A model generated the notes under the pieces. The model worked only from the letters and a program-made list of their open reading frames with translations, was not told where the DNA came from and searched no databases. Positions 10,368 through 19,679 of a stretch of DNA of 64,000 nucleotides are shown here, one piece after another. Source of the DNA: a bacterium (GTDB lineage Bacteria > Bacillota_I > Bacilli_A > Acholeplasmatales > JAEDCM01); assembly GCA_024694145.1 (NCBI GenBank), contig JAILKD010000036.1, positions 7,066-71,065 of the forward strand, in the 5' to 3' direction. The position numbers and the translations under genes are program-made. Numbering within the stretch: the stretch's first letter is position 1; each line of letters begins with the position of its first letter.

Positions 10368-10993
10368 AAGTTTTCCTCCATTTCTTTTAAAATCTTAGAA
10401 ATTTCTTCATATTTTGTTTTAATAGATACTTTATTAACAATAACTCTAGCTGATAAGTCACATACACTCTCAATTACCTCTAGCCCATTTTCAACTAGTG
10501 TTTTGCCACTTTCAACAATATCAACTATACAATCAGCTAGTCCAATTACTGCCCCTAGTTCAACTGAACCATTAAGTTTAATAATTTCAACCTTTTTATT
10601 TTTAGATTCAAAATACTTCTTAGCAATATTAGGATATTTTGTTGCAACTCTAATTTGTTCGCCACCCATAATTAATTCTTTTTTAGATGGGAAACCTGCA
10701 ACACACATTCTACATTTGCCAATATTTAAATCTAAGCACTCATATAAATCTCTATCTTCTTCTAAAATTGTATCATAACCAACAATACCAATATCAGCTA
10801 CACCATAATCAACAAATGTTGGTACATCACTTGGTTTAGATAAGAAAAATGAAAATTTATCATCACTACTATTAAATACTAACTTTCTTGATTCATCTGT
10901 CATATCAACAGGTCTAATATCTAATTTATCTAGTATTTCTAATGTCTTTTTAGCAAGGCGTCCTTTAGCTAATGCAAAAGTTATTCTTGACAT
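10364..10993 (-). CDS. hisG: ATP phosphoribosyltransferase, short form
   Basis: 209-aa short HisG (LAKGRL, DIGIVGYD) lacking the C-terminal regulatory domain, paired with hisZ upstream. Confidence 0.9.
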   Translation of the reverse strand: MSRITFALAKGRLAKKTLEILDKLDIRPVDMTDESRKLVFNSSDDKFSFFLSKPSDVPTFVDYGVADIGIVGYDTILEEDRDLYECLDLNIGKCRMCVAGFPSKKELIMGGEQIRVATKYPNIAKKYFESKNKKVEIIKLNGSVELGAVIGLADCIVDIVESGKTLVENGLEVIESVCDLSARVIVNKVSIKTKYEEISKILKEMEENL

Positions 10994-12138
10994 ATATATT
11001 CACCTTCTTTTAAAGTGTATTTTTTATTATTATCAACATCTATTACAGTTTTAATATTATTAGCTAATGCATAAATAAATGCCTCATTTAAGCTATTTTC
11101 TAAACTTATTAACGAATTATCTTTAACCATTGTTATAAGTAAATCTTTATTAGATGAATATAATAATGTAATATCTTTTTCATAAGTAAGTTTAGTCTTA
11201 CTAATTAAATCATTTACATTAATCGCAAATCCACATGCATCTTTAGGAGCTCCGTAATTAGATATTAAATTATCATATCTACCGCCTTCTAAAATAGGTG
11301 TTCCAACTCCTTTAGTATATCCTTGTAGTGTTATACCTGTATAGTAATTACCAAATGATAAAATAGAAAAATCAAAATATACATTTTTTTCCAAATCGTT
11401 TTTTTCTAGCAAATCATATAATTTTTCTAATTTAGCTAATGTATCAAGAGTTCTTTTACTCTTAATGTTATTCTTAATTTTATTTAATAAATCTTTTTTA
11501 CCAATTGCTTCTACTATTAATGATAATATTTCATAAGAATTCTTATCTAATAATTCTTTAATTTTAACAACATTCTTCTTTTTGATTTCTTCAAGTATTT
11601 TTTCTTTAACATCATTTTTTATATTTAAATCATCTAAATAATTATTAAAGAATTCAGTGGAAGAAATATAAAGTTTATAATCATTTAACACTTTATCTAA
11701 TGATTTAACAGCTAAACTTACTACTTCATAATCTGCATATATTCCACTTGCACCAATTAATTCAACACCTGCTTGTGTGAATTCATGTTGCTTTCCTTGA
11801 TATGCTTTAGGATATCTAAAAGTGTTAGTGATATAACAAAATCTTTGAGGGAAAATGAAATCTTTTGTTTCTGTTGATGCTACTCTTGCTATTGATTTAG
11901 TAACATCACTTCTTAAAGATAATACTTCACCATTCTTATTAATTAATTTATATAAAGTTAAATCTTGCATATTAGTAGTAAAAACATCAGCATATTCTAA
12001 TGTTGGTGTTTCAATTAAATTATACCCACTATTTAAGAATAATTCTTTTAAAATAGTTTCAATTTTGTTTTTCTTTTCCATATCTTTTAAAAGATAATCT
12101 TTTAAACCTTCTGGTGTCTTAATATTTAAGTTATTCAT
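10981..12138 (-). CDS. hisZ: ATP phosphoribosyltransferase regulatory subunit (HisRS paralogue)
   Basis: Class-II aaRS-like core (PEGLKDYL, LRSDVT, GGRYDNL) without an anticodon-binding domain. It is the first gene of the his operon and overlaps hisG. Confidence 0.85.
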   Translation of the reverse strand: MNNLNIKTPEGLKDYLLKDMEKKNKIETILKELFLNSGYNLIETPTLEYADVFTTNMQDLTLYKLINKNGEVLSLRSDVTKSIARVASTETKDFIFPQRFCYITNTFRYPKAYQGKQHEFTQAGVELIGASGIYADYEVVSLAVKSLDKVLNDYKLYISSTEFFNNYLDDLNIKNDVKEKILEEIKKKNVVKIKELLDKNSYEILSLIVEAIGKKDLLNKIKNNIKSKRTLDTLAKLEKLYDLLEKNDLEKNVYFDFSILSFGNYYTGITLQGYTKGVGTPILEGGRYDNLISNYGAPKDACGFAINVNDLISKTKLTYEKDITLLYSSNKDLLITMVKDNSLISLENSLNEAFIYALANNIKTVIDVDNNKKYTLKEGEYICQE

Positions 12139-12217
12139 ATTATCAACCTCACTTTACTGCGCTAAAGTAATAAACTACCATTATTATATTAGAAATAATG
12201 CTAAAAATCAATAGATT

Positions 12218-13372
12218 TTAGTTAATTCCTTTTTTGATAGCGTTTTTACCATACTTATTATCAATATTTTCTAACACTTTATTAAGGTTTTCTTCTTTTT
12301 CTATTTCATCTAGATGGAATAAATCAAATACCTTCATATTTTCTTCTTCTAAATTAGATCCACCAGTACCAAGTAGTCTAATTGCTCTACCATCCCATAA
12401 TTCATCAAATAATTCCTTTATACGGGCAAAATATACGTATTTATCGTTTGTTGCATCATTATATGTCTTACTCTTTGAAAAGCTCTTTAAATCGGTATAT
12501 TTAATAGTTACAGTAATTGTATATGCTTTAACGTGATATCTTAGAAGCCTTTTTGATGTTATATCACTAACATACTCTAAGAATTCATATATTTGATCTT
12601 CATCTGTTAATGGCTCATAGCTTGTTCTAGAATTACTTATACTTGAAAAACTATTATATCTTTCACTATCAACTACATTACTTGATTTACCTTCAAGTGT
12701 AGTTTTAACATATGAATACATCTTTTCTCCAAAGAAGTCTTTAAATTCATCTAACCTATTATATAAATCACCTATAGTATTTATACCTAATTCTTTTAAT
12801 CTTGGACTAGTCTTTTTCCCAATACCAAACATATCAGCAACATCTAGTGGAAATATTTTTTCTTTTATATCTCTAATCCTAACAACTGTTAATCCCATAG
12901 GCTTTTTCATATCACTAGCCATTTTAGCTAAAAACTTTGTTGGTGCTATACCTATTGATGAAGGAAGTTTACATTCATCATATATACGCTTTTGTAGTAA
13001 TTTTGCAAAATCTAGTGGATGCATATCTATTTCAGACACATCAATAAAAGCTTCATCAATACTAGCTTGTTCTACCATATCAGTATATTCATATATAATA
13101 CTCATAAACTTTTTAGAGCACTCAATATAAAACTGATAATCACTATCTAAAATAATAAGGTTAGGACATTTTTTAAGTGCATCACTTACACTCATAGCTG
13201 AATAAACACCATATTTTCTTGCTACATAATTAGACGTAGACAAAACACCTTTTGATGAGTATCTAGCACCCACTGCAAAAGGTTTTTTCTCTAAATATGG
13301 CCTTTTTATTAATTCACATGAGCAGAAAAATGCATTCATATCTATGTGAAAGATAGTCCTAACATTATTCAT
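12218..13372 (-). CDS. dinB: DNA polymerase IV (Y-family)
   Basis: IFHIDMNAFFCSCE, SIDEAFIDVS and GIGKKT motifs. Confidence 0.9.
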   Translation of the reverse strand: MNNVRTIFHIDMNAFFCSCELIKRPYLEKKPFAVGARYSSKGVLSTSNYVARKYGVYSAMSVSDALKKCPNLIILDSDYQFYIECSKKFMSIIYEYTDMVEQASIDEAFIDVSEIDMHPLDFAKLLQKRIYDECKLPSSIGIAPTKFLAKMASDMKKPMGLTVVRIRDIKEKIFPLDVADMFGIGKKTSPRLKELGINTIGDLYNRLDEFKDFFGEKMYSYVKTTLEGKSSNVVDSERYNSFSSISNSRTSYEPLTDEDQIYEFLEYVSDITSKRLLRYHVKAYTITVTIKYTDLKSFSKSKTYNDATNDKYVYFARIKELFDELWDGRAIRLLGTGGSNLEEENMKVFDLFHLDEIEKEENLNKVLENIDNKYGKNAIKKGIN

Positions 13373-13443
13373 TATAATCTCCTTTATTAGTTGTTTTTTT
13401 TATATATTTATTATATAATAAAATTGTTATAGAGGTGATTAAT

Positions 13444-13638
13444 ATGGCAGACAACAAAGGATATATTAGTAACAAAGATAAGAAAAAACAAGAATTAGAA
13501 GAACAAAAGAGAAAACAATACACTTATAAAAATCCTTCTAAAACTTTAGCAGGTAAAATTTGCATTATTATCCTAGTTTTTGCTATGATTTGTGCACCAC
13601 TAATTTATCTAATTTGGTATTTCATTAATAATAGATAA
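13444..13638 (+). CDS. small tail-anchored membrane protein, hypothetical
   Basis: ATG 13444 lies 6 nt after AGAGGTG. A lysine-rich N-terminus is followed by one C-terminal hydrophobic helix (ICIIILVFAMICAPLIYLIWYF). A TATAAT sits at 13414-13419. Confidence 0.5.
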   Translation: MADNKGYISNKDKKKQELEEQKRKQYTYKNPSKTLAGKICIIILVFAMICAPLIYLIWYFINNR

Positions 13639-13660
13639 AATAATTTAATAATTAATATTT

Positions 13661-13690
13661 AAAAAAAGTCATTTTCATGACTTTTTTATT
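13661..13690. terminator. bidirectional intrinsic terminator (small ORF / ftsZ)
   Basis: A7-AGTCAT-TTTC-ATGACT-T6, flanked by A and T runs on both sides. Confidence 0.7.
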
Positions 13691-14819
13691 TTTTCTGTTG
13701 TAACCAATCTGGAAGATTTGGATTAATATTTGTTTGCTTCTTTTCTTCAGGCTTATTATAACTTTGTTCATAAGAATCATTAGAATCATCAGTCATTCTT
13801 ATATCAGCTGAGCTAACTGGCTTAGTTCCAAACAAATCAACTTGTTCAGTATCATCTTTCTTTAAATCATAACCTGTAGCAATTACTGTAATAACTACTT
13901 CATCGCCTAAATCTTCATTGATTGTAGAACCATAAATTATATTTAATTCTGAAGTAGATGCTTGTCTAATTTCTTGAACTGCTGCTGCTTGTTCAAACAT
14001 TGTAATTGATGTAGATGCAGAAATATTAACAATTGCATCTGTTGCACCATCAATTGAAACTTCAAGCAATTGTGAATGAATTGCACGTCTAGCTGCTTCA
14101 ATTACTCTATTATCACCAGATCCAACACCAATACCCATTAATGCTGTACCTTTATTTTCCATAACTGTCTTTACATCGGCAAAGTCAATATTAATCATAC
14201 CCGCAGTAGCAATAATTTCAGCTATTGCTTGTACACCTTGACGAAGTGTATTATCTGCTTCTCTAAAAGCTTCAATAACAGTTGCTTTAGGTCCTACAAC
14301 TGATAATAATTTTTCATTTGGGATAACTAAAAGAGTATCTACATGAGGTTTAAGTGCATTTAAACCATTAATTGCTTCACGCATTCTTGCTGGACCTTCA
14401 AAATCAAATGGTTTTGTAACAATGGCAACTGTTAAACATCCTAATTCTTCAGCAATTTCAGCAATTACTGGAGCGGCACCAGTTCCTGTTCCACCACCCA
14501 TACCAGCTGTGATGAATACCATATCAGCACCTTCAAGTGCTGCTCTTATTTCATCTTGAGTTTCAAGTGCTGCAGCTCTACCAACCTCTGGTTTAGCTCC
14601 TGCTCCTAGTCCTCTAGTTAGTTTTTTTCCTAATTGAATTCTGTTTTCACATCTTGAGATTCTAAGTACTTGCGCATCAGTATTTGCAACAATATATTCA
14701 ACACCTTGAACATCATTGTCAATCATTCTTCCAACGGCGTTTCCTCCACCGCCACCAACACCGATTACTTTTATTACAGGTTTTTGGTTAAATCCCCCAC
14801 CATTATCATTAAAAAGCAT
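13686..14819 (-). CDS. ftsZ: cell division protein FtsZ
   Basis: [10 protein letters not shown] and [11 protein letters not shown] tubulin signatures, plus a C-terminal NLPDWL partner-binding peptide. Start set to ATG 14819 (GAGAGGAG RBS upstream). The 41-codon ORF-track extension is AT-rich read-through. Confidence 0.95.
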   Translation of the reverse strand: MLFNDNGGGFNQKPVIKVIGVGGGGGNAVGRMIDNDVQGVEYIVANTDAQVLRISRCENRIQLGKKLTRGLGAGAKPEVGRAAALETQDEIRAALEGADMVFITAGMGGGTGTGAAPVIAEIAEELGCLTVAIVTKPFDFEGPARMREAINGLNALKPHVDTLLVIPNEKLLSVVGPKATVIEAFREADNTLRQGVQAIAEIIATAGMINIDFADVKTVMENKGTALMGIGVGSGDNRVIEAARRAIHSQLLEVSIDGATDAIVNISASTSITMFEQAAAVQEIRQASTSELNIIYGSTINEDLGDEVVITVIATGYDLKKDDTEQVDLFGTKPVSSADIRMTDDSNDSYEQSYNKPEEKKQTNINPNLPDWLQQKK

Positions 14820-14931
14820 AGATACACTCCTCTCAAAAAAAATAGTTATTCTATAAATTATTTTACTACATTTTATGTAATAAATAAAGGTAGTTATAAG
14901 ACATTTATTAATATTTTTTATTAATAATTTT

Positions 14932-15285
14932 TTATTTAGCAAGCAAAATAATTAGTTTTAATTCATTGATATAATCACTATCAGTTTTTACTTTATAAAT
15001 TAGATTATCACTTATGTTTGTTTGACCTTTGATTGTATTAATAATTTGTTTAATAACATCTTCACTTAATTCTTTTTGTGACTTTATTTTTACTATTGAT
15101 TTAGTATAATCTAAGTAATTATCATTAAGTGCTTCTTTTATACTTTCAACAATTTTCCCATCATTAATTTTAATCTTTATTATTTTTGAATCAACCCCAT
15201 CAATAACATACCCGTAATTTGCTTTGGTGATTGTTGGGAAATCTGAATCATTAAAAAAATCTCTTAACATAAAAAACATAAACAT
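14932..15285 (-). CDS. hypothetical protein upstream of ftsZ
   Basis: ORF with GGAG 10 nt upstream of ATG 15285. No recognisable motifs. Confidence 0.4.
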   Translation of the reverse strand: MFMFFMLRDFFNDSDFPTITKANYGYVIDGVDSKIIKIKINDGKIVESIKEALNDNYLDYTKSIVKIKSQKELSEDVIKQIINTIKGQTNISDNLIYKVKTDSDYINELKLIILLAK

Positions 15286-15316
15286 AAGTATCACACTCCA
15301 ATTTGATTATAACATA

Positions 15317-15349
15317 ACAAAAAATAAAAGTGAGGAAAAACCTCACTTT
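15317..15349 (-). terminator. intrinsic terminator ending the T-box operon
   Basis: Minus strand reads AAAGTGAGG-TTTTT-CCTCACTTT followed by TATTTTTTG, overlapping the stop codon of the gamma subunit gene. Confidence 0.8.
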
Positions 15350-15878
15350 AGTCTTTATAATTGTATCCAAGCATAATTGCTTCAATATTTTTTGGAAGTA
15401 AATGTGCTTTTTTAGCAGGTACAACCTTTTTAATACCTTCATTTACTAAATCTAAACTTAACATATTAGTTTTCTTTAATACATAACCAAATAAAACCAT
15501 ATTTGCTAAGCCATGATATCCTTCATCATTTGCAATTTTTGTTGCTGGAATACCAAATGCTCTTTTATCATTAACCTCTTTTTGAATTAATGATGAATCA
15601 TAAATGATAAATCCATCTTTATTAACAGCGTTAATAAATTTTTCTAATGAAGGTAAGTTCATTGGAATTAAAACATCTGGATTACTAACGATTGGTGAAC
15701 CAACTGGGCTATCTGATAGAATAACTGAACAGTTAGCTGTTCCACCACGCATTTCTGGTCCATATGAAGGAAGCCATGATACTTCCTTATTTCCGATTAA
15801 TCCACTGTAAGCAATTAATTTTCCTAAGAATAGGACACCTTGTCCACCAAATCCGGCAATAAGAATCTTATTTTCCAT
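15348..15878 (-). CDS. 2-oxoacid:ferredoxin oxidoreductase, gamma subunit
   Basis: The IAGFGGQGVLFLGK motif is typical of OFOR gamma subunits. Overlaps the beta gene by 1 nt. Confidence 0.85.
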   Translation of the reverse strand: MENKILIAGFGGQGVLFLGKLIAYSGLIGNKEVSWLPSYGPEMRGGTANCSVILSDSPVGSPIVSNPDVLIPMNLPSLEKFINAVNKDGFIIYDSSLIQKEVNDKRAFGIPATKIANDEGYHGLANMVLFGYVLKKTNMLSLDLVNEGIKKVVPAKKAHLLPKNIEAIMLGYNYKD

Positions 15879-16630
15879 TATTTGTTTTCCTCCTTAGTTT
15901 TATCTTTGAATACTCCAAGCGGATAATATGTTTGCATATTATCTTCTAACCACTTTAAAGCATCTTTTGGTTCCATACCCCAGTTAGTAGGGCATGTAGA
16001 TAATACTTCAATTAAAGAGAAACCTTTTTTATTGATTTGGTTTTCAAATGCTTGTTTAATTGCTCTTTTAGCGTTTTTGATATTTTTAACATTGTTTACA
16101 GCAACACGTTCAATATATGCTGCACCATCAATTTCTTTTAACATTTCACAAACTTTTACAGGGTAACCTACAACAGTTACATCTCTACCATATGGAGAAG
16201 TTTGTGTTACTTGGTTAGGTAATGTTGTTGGAGCCATTTGCCCACCAGTCATACCATAAATAGCATTATTAACGAAAATAATTGTAATATTTTCGCCTCT
16301 AGCAGCTGAATGAACTGTTTCAGCAGTACCAATAGCAGCTAAGTCACCATCACCTTGATATGTAAATACTATATTATCAGGTAATGCTCTTTTTAAACCT
16401 GTAGCTACGGCTGGAGCTCTACCATGAGCTGCTTGAACCATATCACAGTTAAAATAATTATATGAGAATACTGAACATCCAACTGATGCAACACCAACAG
16501 TTTTATCAAGAATTCCTAGTTCTTCTAATGCTTCAGCAACTAATCTATGAATAATACCATGAGTACATCCAGGACAGTAGTGAAGTGGTGCATCTGTTAA
16601 TCCTTTTGTTTTTTCAAATACAACAGCCAT
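15878..16630 (-). CDS. 2-oxoacid:ferredoxin oxidoreductase, beta (TPP-binding) subunit
   Basis: CPGCTHGI and GDGD...NNAIYGMTGGQ TPP-binding pattern. Confidence 0.9.
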   Translation of the reverse strand: MAVVFEKTKGLTDAPLHYCPGCTHGIIHRLVAEALEELGILDKTVGVASVGCSVFSYNYFNCDMVQAAHGRAPAVATGLKRALPDNIVFTYQGDGDLAAIGTAETVHSAARGENITIIFVNNAIYGMTGGQMAPTTLPNQVTQTSPYGRDVTVVGYPVKVCEMLKEIDGAAYIERVAVNNVKNIKNAKRAIKQAFENQINKKGFSLIEVLSTCPTNWGMEPKDALKWLEDNMQTYYPLGVFKDKTKEENK

Positions 16631-17688
16631 TATTTTGCACCTCCAATTTCCTTAATTTTAGCTAATACTTCTTCAGGAGATGGGATCATACCACCAGTTC
16701 TACCTACGAAGTAAACTGGTTTAGAACAGTTGATTGCAAGTTTAACATCTTCAATCATTTGTCCCATATTTAATTCTACAGAAATGAATGCTTTAGCTTT
16801 AGCGCTAGCTTTTAGTAACGCATCTTTAGGGAATGGCCATAATGTAATAGGTCTAATTAAACCAGCCTTAATGCCCATCTTTCTAGCTTCAACAATTGCA
16901 TTTTTAGAAACTCTAGCAGCAATACCGAATGCTACGATTACGATATCAGCATCATCCATCATAAATTCTTCATACATTACTTCATCCTTTTCAACTTCAG
17001 CATAGCGTTCATATCTTCTATGATTCCATACTTCTAGTTCTTCTGGAAGTAAGCTTAATGAGTTAATTATATTTCTTCCAGCATGATTTTTAGTACCATT
17101 AGTTGCCCATGGTTTTTCAATTACTGGAATTTTAACATCAGTTAATTGAACTGGTTCCATCATTTGTCCCATAGTACCATCAGCTAAAATCATAGCAGTC
17201 ATTCTATATTTTTCTGCTAAATGGAAACCTTTGAATGTTAAATCATACATTTCTTGTACTGTAGCAGGAGCAAGTACGATTAAATGATAATCACCATGTC
17301 CTCCACCTTTACAAGCTTGAAAATAATCTGATTGAGATGGTTGAATACCACCTAGACCAGGGCCTCCTCTTTGTACGTTAACAACAAGTGCAGGTAGTTC
17401 ACAACCAGCTAAGTAAGAAATACCTTCTTGTTTTAAACTGATACCTGGGCTTGAAGATGATGTCATAACTTTAACACCAGCACTAGCAGCACCAATTACC
17501 ATGTTAATTGCTGCAACTTCACTTTCAGCTTGAAGGAATGTTCCTCCAATTTTTGGCATACGCTTTGCCATATATGCTGCAACTTCTGTTTGAGGAGTTA
17601 TTGGATAACCAAAATAGTGTCTACAACCAGCAGTAATAGCAGCTTCAGCCATTGCCTCGTTACCTTTCATTAATACCTTTTCTGCCAT
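16630..17688 (-). CDS. 2-oxoacid:ferredoxin oxidoreductase, alpha subunit
   Basis: MKGNEAMAEAAITAGCRHYFGYPITPQTE N-terminus typical of KorA/VorA/PorA-type alpha subunits. Confidence 0.9.
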   Translation of the reverse strand: MAEKVLMKGNEAMAEAAITAGCRHYFGYPITPQTEVAAYMAKRMPKIGGTFLQAESEVAAINMVIGAASAGVKVMTSSSSPGISLKQEGISYLAGCELPALVVNVQRGGPGLGGIQPSQSDYFQACKGGGHGDYHLIVLAPATVQEMYDLTFKGFHLAEKYRMTAMILADGTMGQMMEPVQLTDVKIPVIEKPWATNGTKNHAGRNIINSLSLLPEELEVWNHRRYERYAEVEKDEVMYEEFMMDDADIVIVAFGIAARVSKNAIVEARKMGIKAGLIRPITLWPFPKDALLKASAKAKAFISVELNMGQMIEDVKLAINCSKPVYFVGRTGGMIPSPEEVLAKIKEIGGAK

Positions 17689-17696
17689 GTTTTCAC

Positions 17697-17900
17697 CTAC
17701 TTTTCTACCTTAATAACTGTATCAGGACACATTGTTGCACAAAATGCACAGCCAATACATTTATCTTGATCCATCATTTTTACTGGGTTATAACCCTTTT
17801 CATTAATTACATCTGATAAAGCTAAGATTCCTTTAGGACAAGCTGTAATACATAAGCCGCATCCCTTACATCTAGCTTCATTAATAGTTAATTTAGCCAT
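17697..17900 (-). CDS. 2-oxoacid:ferredoxin oxidoreductase, delta subunit (2x[4Fe-4S] ferredoxin)
   Basis: Two CxxCxxCxxxCP motifs (CKGCGLCITACP, CIGCAFCATMCP). Start set to ATG 17900 (AAAGGA RBS upstream) rather than the ORF-track start. Confidence 0.85.
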   Translation of the reverse strand: MAKLTINEARCKGCGLCITACPKGILALSDVINEKGYNPVKMMDQDKCIGCAFCATMCPDTVIKVEK

Positions 17901-17949
17901 AAATAATGTCCTTTCTTTTATAATAATACAATAATTATTATATACCTTT

Positions 17950-18603
17950 TTATACCCATAAACCATAGTTAATTAAATTTAGTGGTAAAATATTTTCTAT
18001 TTTTCCTTCTAAACTCTTAACTAAATCACTTCTAACTGAGGTATATTTAACTTTTAACCCTGTTATTTTTTCAACCTTCTTAGCATAATCTAAGGAATCC
18101 AATATAACACTAGGAGTAGTTTCATTACCTAAATTAGAATTATTAATTATTGCTGTAAATTTAATTCCAGCAACTGCCTCTATTTCATCCATTATTTCTT
18201 TAGTCTCTTCTGGAGTTCTAGTTTCATACCTATATTTGTTTATGATTAAAAACATATCATAATTATTTTCTTTTAGAATTTCATCTCTAAAACGACCTAG
18301 TGCATAAGCACCTCTATCGTCTCCACCAACATCAACAACAGCAAATTTATCTTTTTCTCTAATCATTCTATAACATTCTGGATTCATTGCAGGGCAATCA
18401 ACATTTGTATTTGCATAATCACTTGCGATTAATGGAATATTATTAGCTTCAAGAATATCTTTACCATCAAGTGTTCTAAAATATGGATTAACGATATCTA
18501 AATCATAAACCATAACATTACTTTTAATCATTAAAGCAAAGTTTAAGGCAATATTTGTTTTACCAGTTCCATAATGACCTAAAAACAAATTAACACGTTT
18601 CAT
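17950..18603 (-). CDS. P-loop NTPase, MinD/ParA/Mrp-like (SIMIBI class), function unknown
   Basis: N-terminal Walker A GHYGTGKT and later VVDVGGDD (Walker B-like). Its start overlaps the ilvE stop. Confidence 0.55.
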   Translation of the reverse strand: MKRVNLFLGHYGTGKTNIALNFALMIKSNVMVYDLDIVNPYFRTLDGKDILEANNIPLIASDYANTNVDCPAMNPECYRMIREKDKFAVVDVGGDDRGAYALGRFRDEILKENNYDMFLIINKYRYETRTPEETKEIMDEIEAVAGIKFTAIINNSNLGNETTPSVILDSLDYAKKVEKITGLKVKYTSVRSDLVKSLEGKIENILPLNLINYGLWV

Positions 18604-19667
18604 TATTTTACTTCAACTGTCCAGCCAAATTCATCCTTAACTTTTCCAGTTTGAATACCAGTAATCTTATCATAAAGCATTTGTGATACTGGGCCAATCT
18701 TTCCGTTATTGATTTCGTATTTCTTACCATTAACTTCAATTAAACCAATTGGTGAAATAACAGCAGCTGTACCGCAACCCCAAGCTTCTTCTAGAGTTCC
18801 ATTTTCTACAGCCTTAGTTAATTCTTCAAGTGATAATAATCTTTCAGTTGCTTTAATTCCTTCTTTTTTAAGAATTTCTAAACAGCTTTTTCTTGTAATA
18901 CCAGGTAAGATTGAGCCAAGTAATGCTGGAGTGATAACTTCTCCATTAATCTTAAACATTACGTTCATAGCTCCAACTTCTTCAATGTATTTTCTTTCTA
19001 CACCATCAAGCCATAGAACTTGTGAATAACCTTTTTCTTCAGCCTTTTTACCAGCTCTAGAACTTGCTGCATAGTTTCCACCACACTTAGCGAAACCAGT
19101 ACCTCCACGTACTGCTCTTACATCTTCAGTTTCAATTAAAATTTTAACTGGATTTAATCCTTCTTTATAGTAGCTTCCAACTGGTGAAAGAATAATTACA
19201 AATGTTGAATGATGAACTGTATGAACACCTAGTGTTTCATCATTACCAAATAGGAATGGTCTAATATAAAGACTTGTTCCTTTTGCTGTCGGAATCCAAT
19301 CTTTATCAATTTCTACAAGCTTTTTAATAGCTTCAACGAAATCTTCTTCAGGAATTTCAGGTAAGCAAAGTCTATCAGCACTATTATTCATTCTCTTAGC
19401 ATTTTCATAAGGTCTAAATAATTGAATTCTTCCATCTTCTGTTAGATATGCTTTCATACCTTCAAAAATTTCTTCTCCATAATGAAGAACAGTTGATGCT
19501 GGTGATAAGCTTAAGTTTCCATAAGGAACTATTCTAGCATTATGCCAACCATTTTCATAATCGTGATCCATAATAAACATGTGATCAGTAAAGAATTTAC
19601 CAAATCCTAGTGAATTACTATCGGGTTTAGCTTTTGGATTTTCATTTTTAATGATTTTAATTTCCAT
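18603..19667 (-). CDS. ilvE: branched-chain amino acid aminotransferase (class IV, long form)
   Basis: FGKFFTDHMF, HYGEEIFEGMKAY, GGTGFAKCGGNY and GITR motifs. Start set to ATG 19667 after GAGGTGG. Confidence 0.85.
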   Translation of the reverse strand: MEIKIIKNENPKAKPDSNSLGFGKFFTDHMFIMDHDYENGWHNARIVPYGNLSLSPASTVLHYGEEIFEGMKAYLTEDGRIQLFRPYENAKRMNNSADRLCLPEIPEEDFVEAIKKLVEIDKDWIPTAKGTSLYIRPFLFGNDETLGVHTVHHSTFVIILSPVGSYYKEGLNPVKILIETEDVRAVRGGTGFAKCGGNYAASSRAGKKAEEKGYSQVLWLDGVERKYIEEVGAMNVMFKINGEVITPALLGSILPGITRKSCLEILKKEGIKATERLLSLEELTKAVENGTLEEAWGCGTAAVISPIGLIEVNGKKYEINNGKIGPVSQMLYDKITGIQTGKVKDEFGWTVEVK

Positions 19668-19679
19668 AATTTCCACCTC

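Noticed and set aside
12139-12217. Looked for a His T-box or leader-peptide attenuator upstream of hisZ.
   Set aside because: Only 79 nt separate dinB from hisZ. The region contains a single small hairpin (ACTTTA/TAAAGT), no T-box motif and no His-codon run.
5923-12536. Short plus-strand ORFs inside hisF/hisA, hisB, hisG, hisZ and dinB (e.g. 5923-6282, 6224-6469, 7614-7871, 10503-10778, 11855-12097, 12234-12536).
   Set aside because: These are antisense shadows of confidently identified genes. They have no start context and no recognisable motifs.
14820-14942. 41-codon N-terminal extension of ftsZ in the ORF track. The same pattern applies to upstream extensions of argG, ispH, GH26, hisF, ilvE, the amidohydrolase, the ferredoxin subunit, valS, the GNAT gene, malQ and the coiled-coil gene.
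   Set aside because: In each case an internal ATG is preceded at 5-10 nt by a GGAGG/AGGTG-type RBS and begins the conserved family N-terminus. The longer starts fall inside the RBS or in AT-rich spacer.
15251-15442. 63-aa minus-strand ORF bridging the OFOR gamma gene end and the next gene.
   Set aside because: It runs through the operon terminator hairpin and overlaps two better-supported ORFs.
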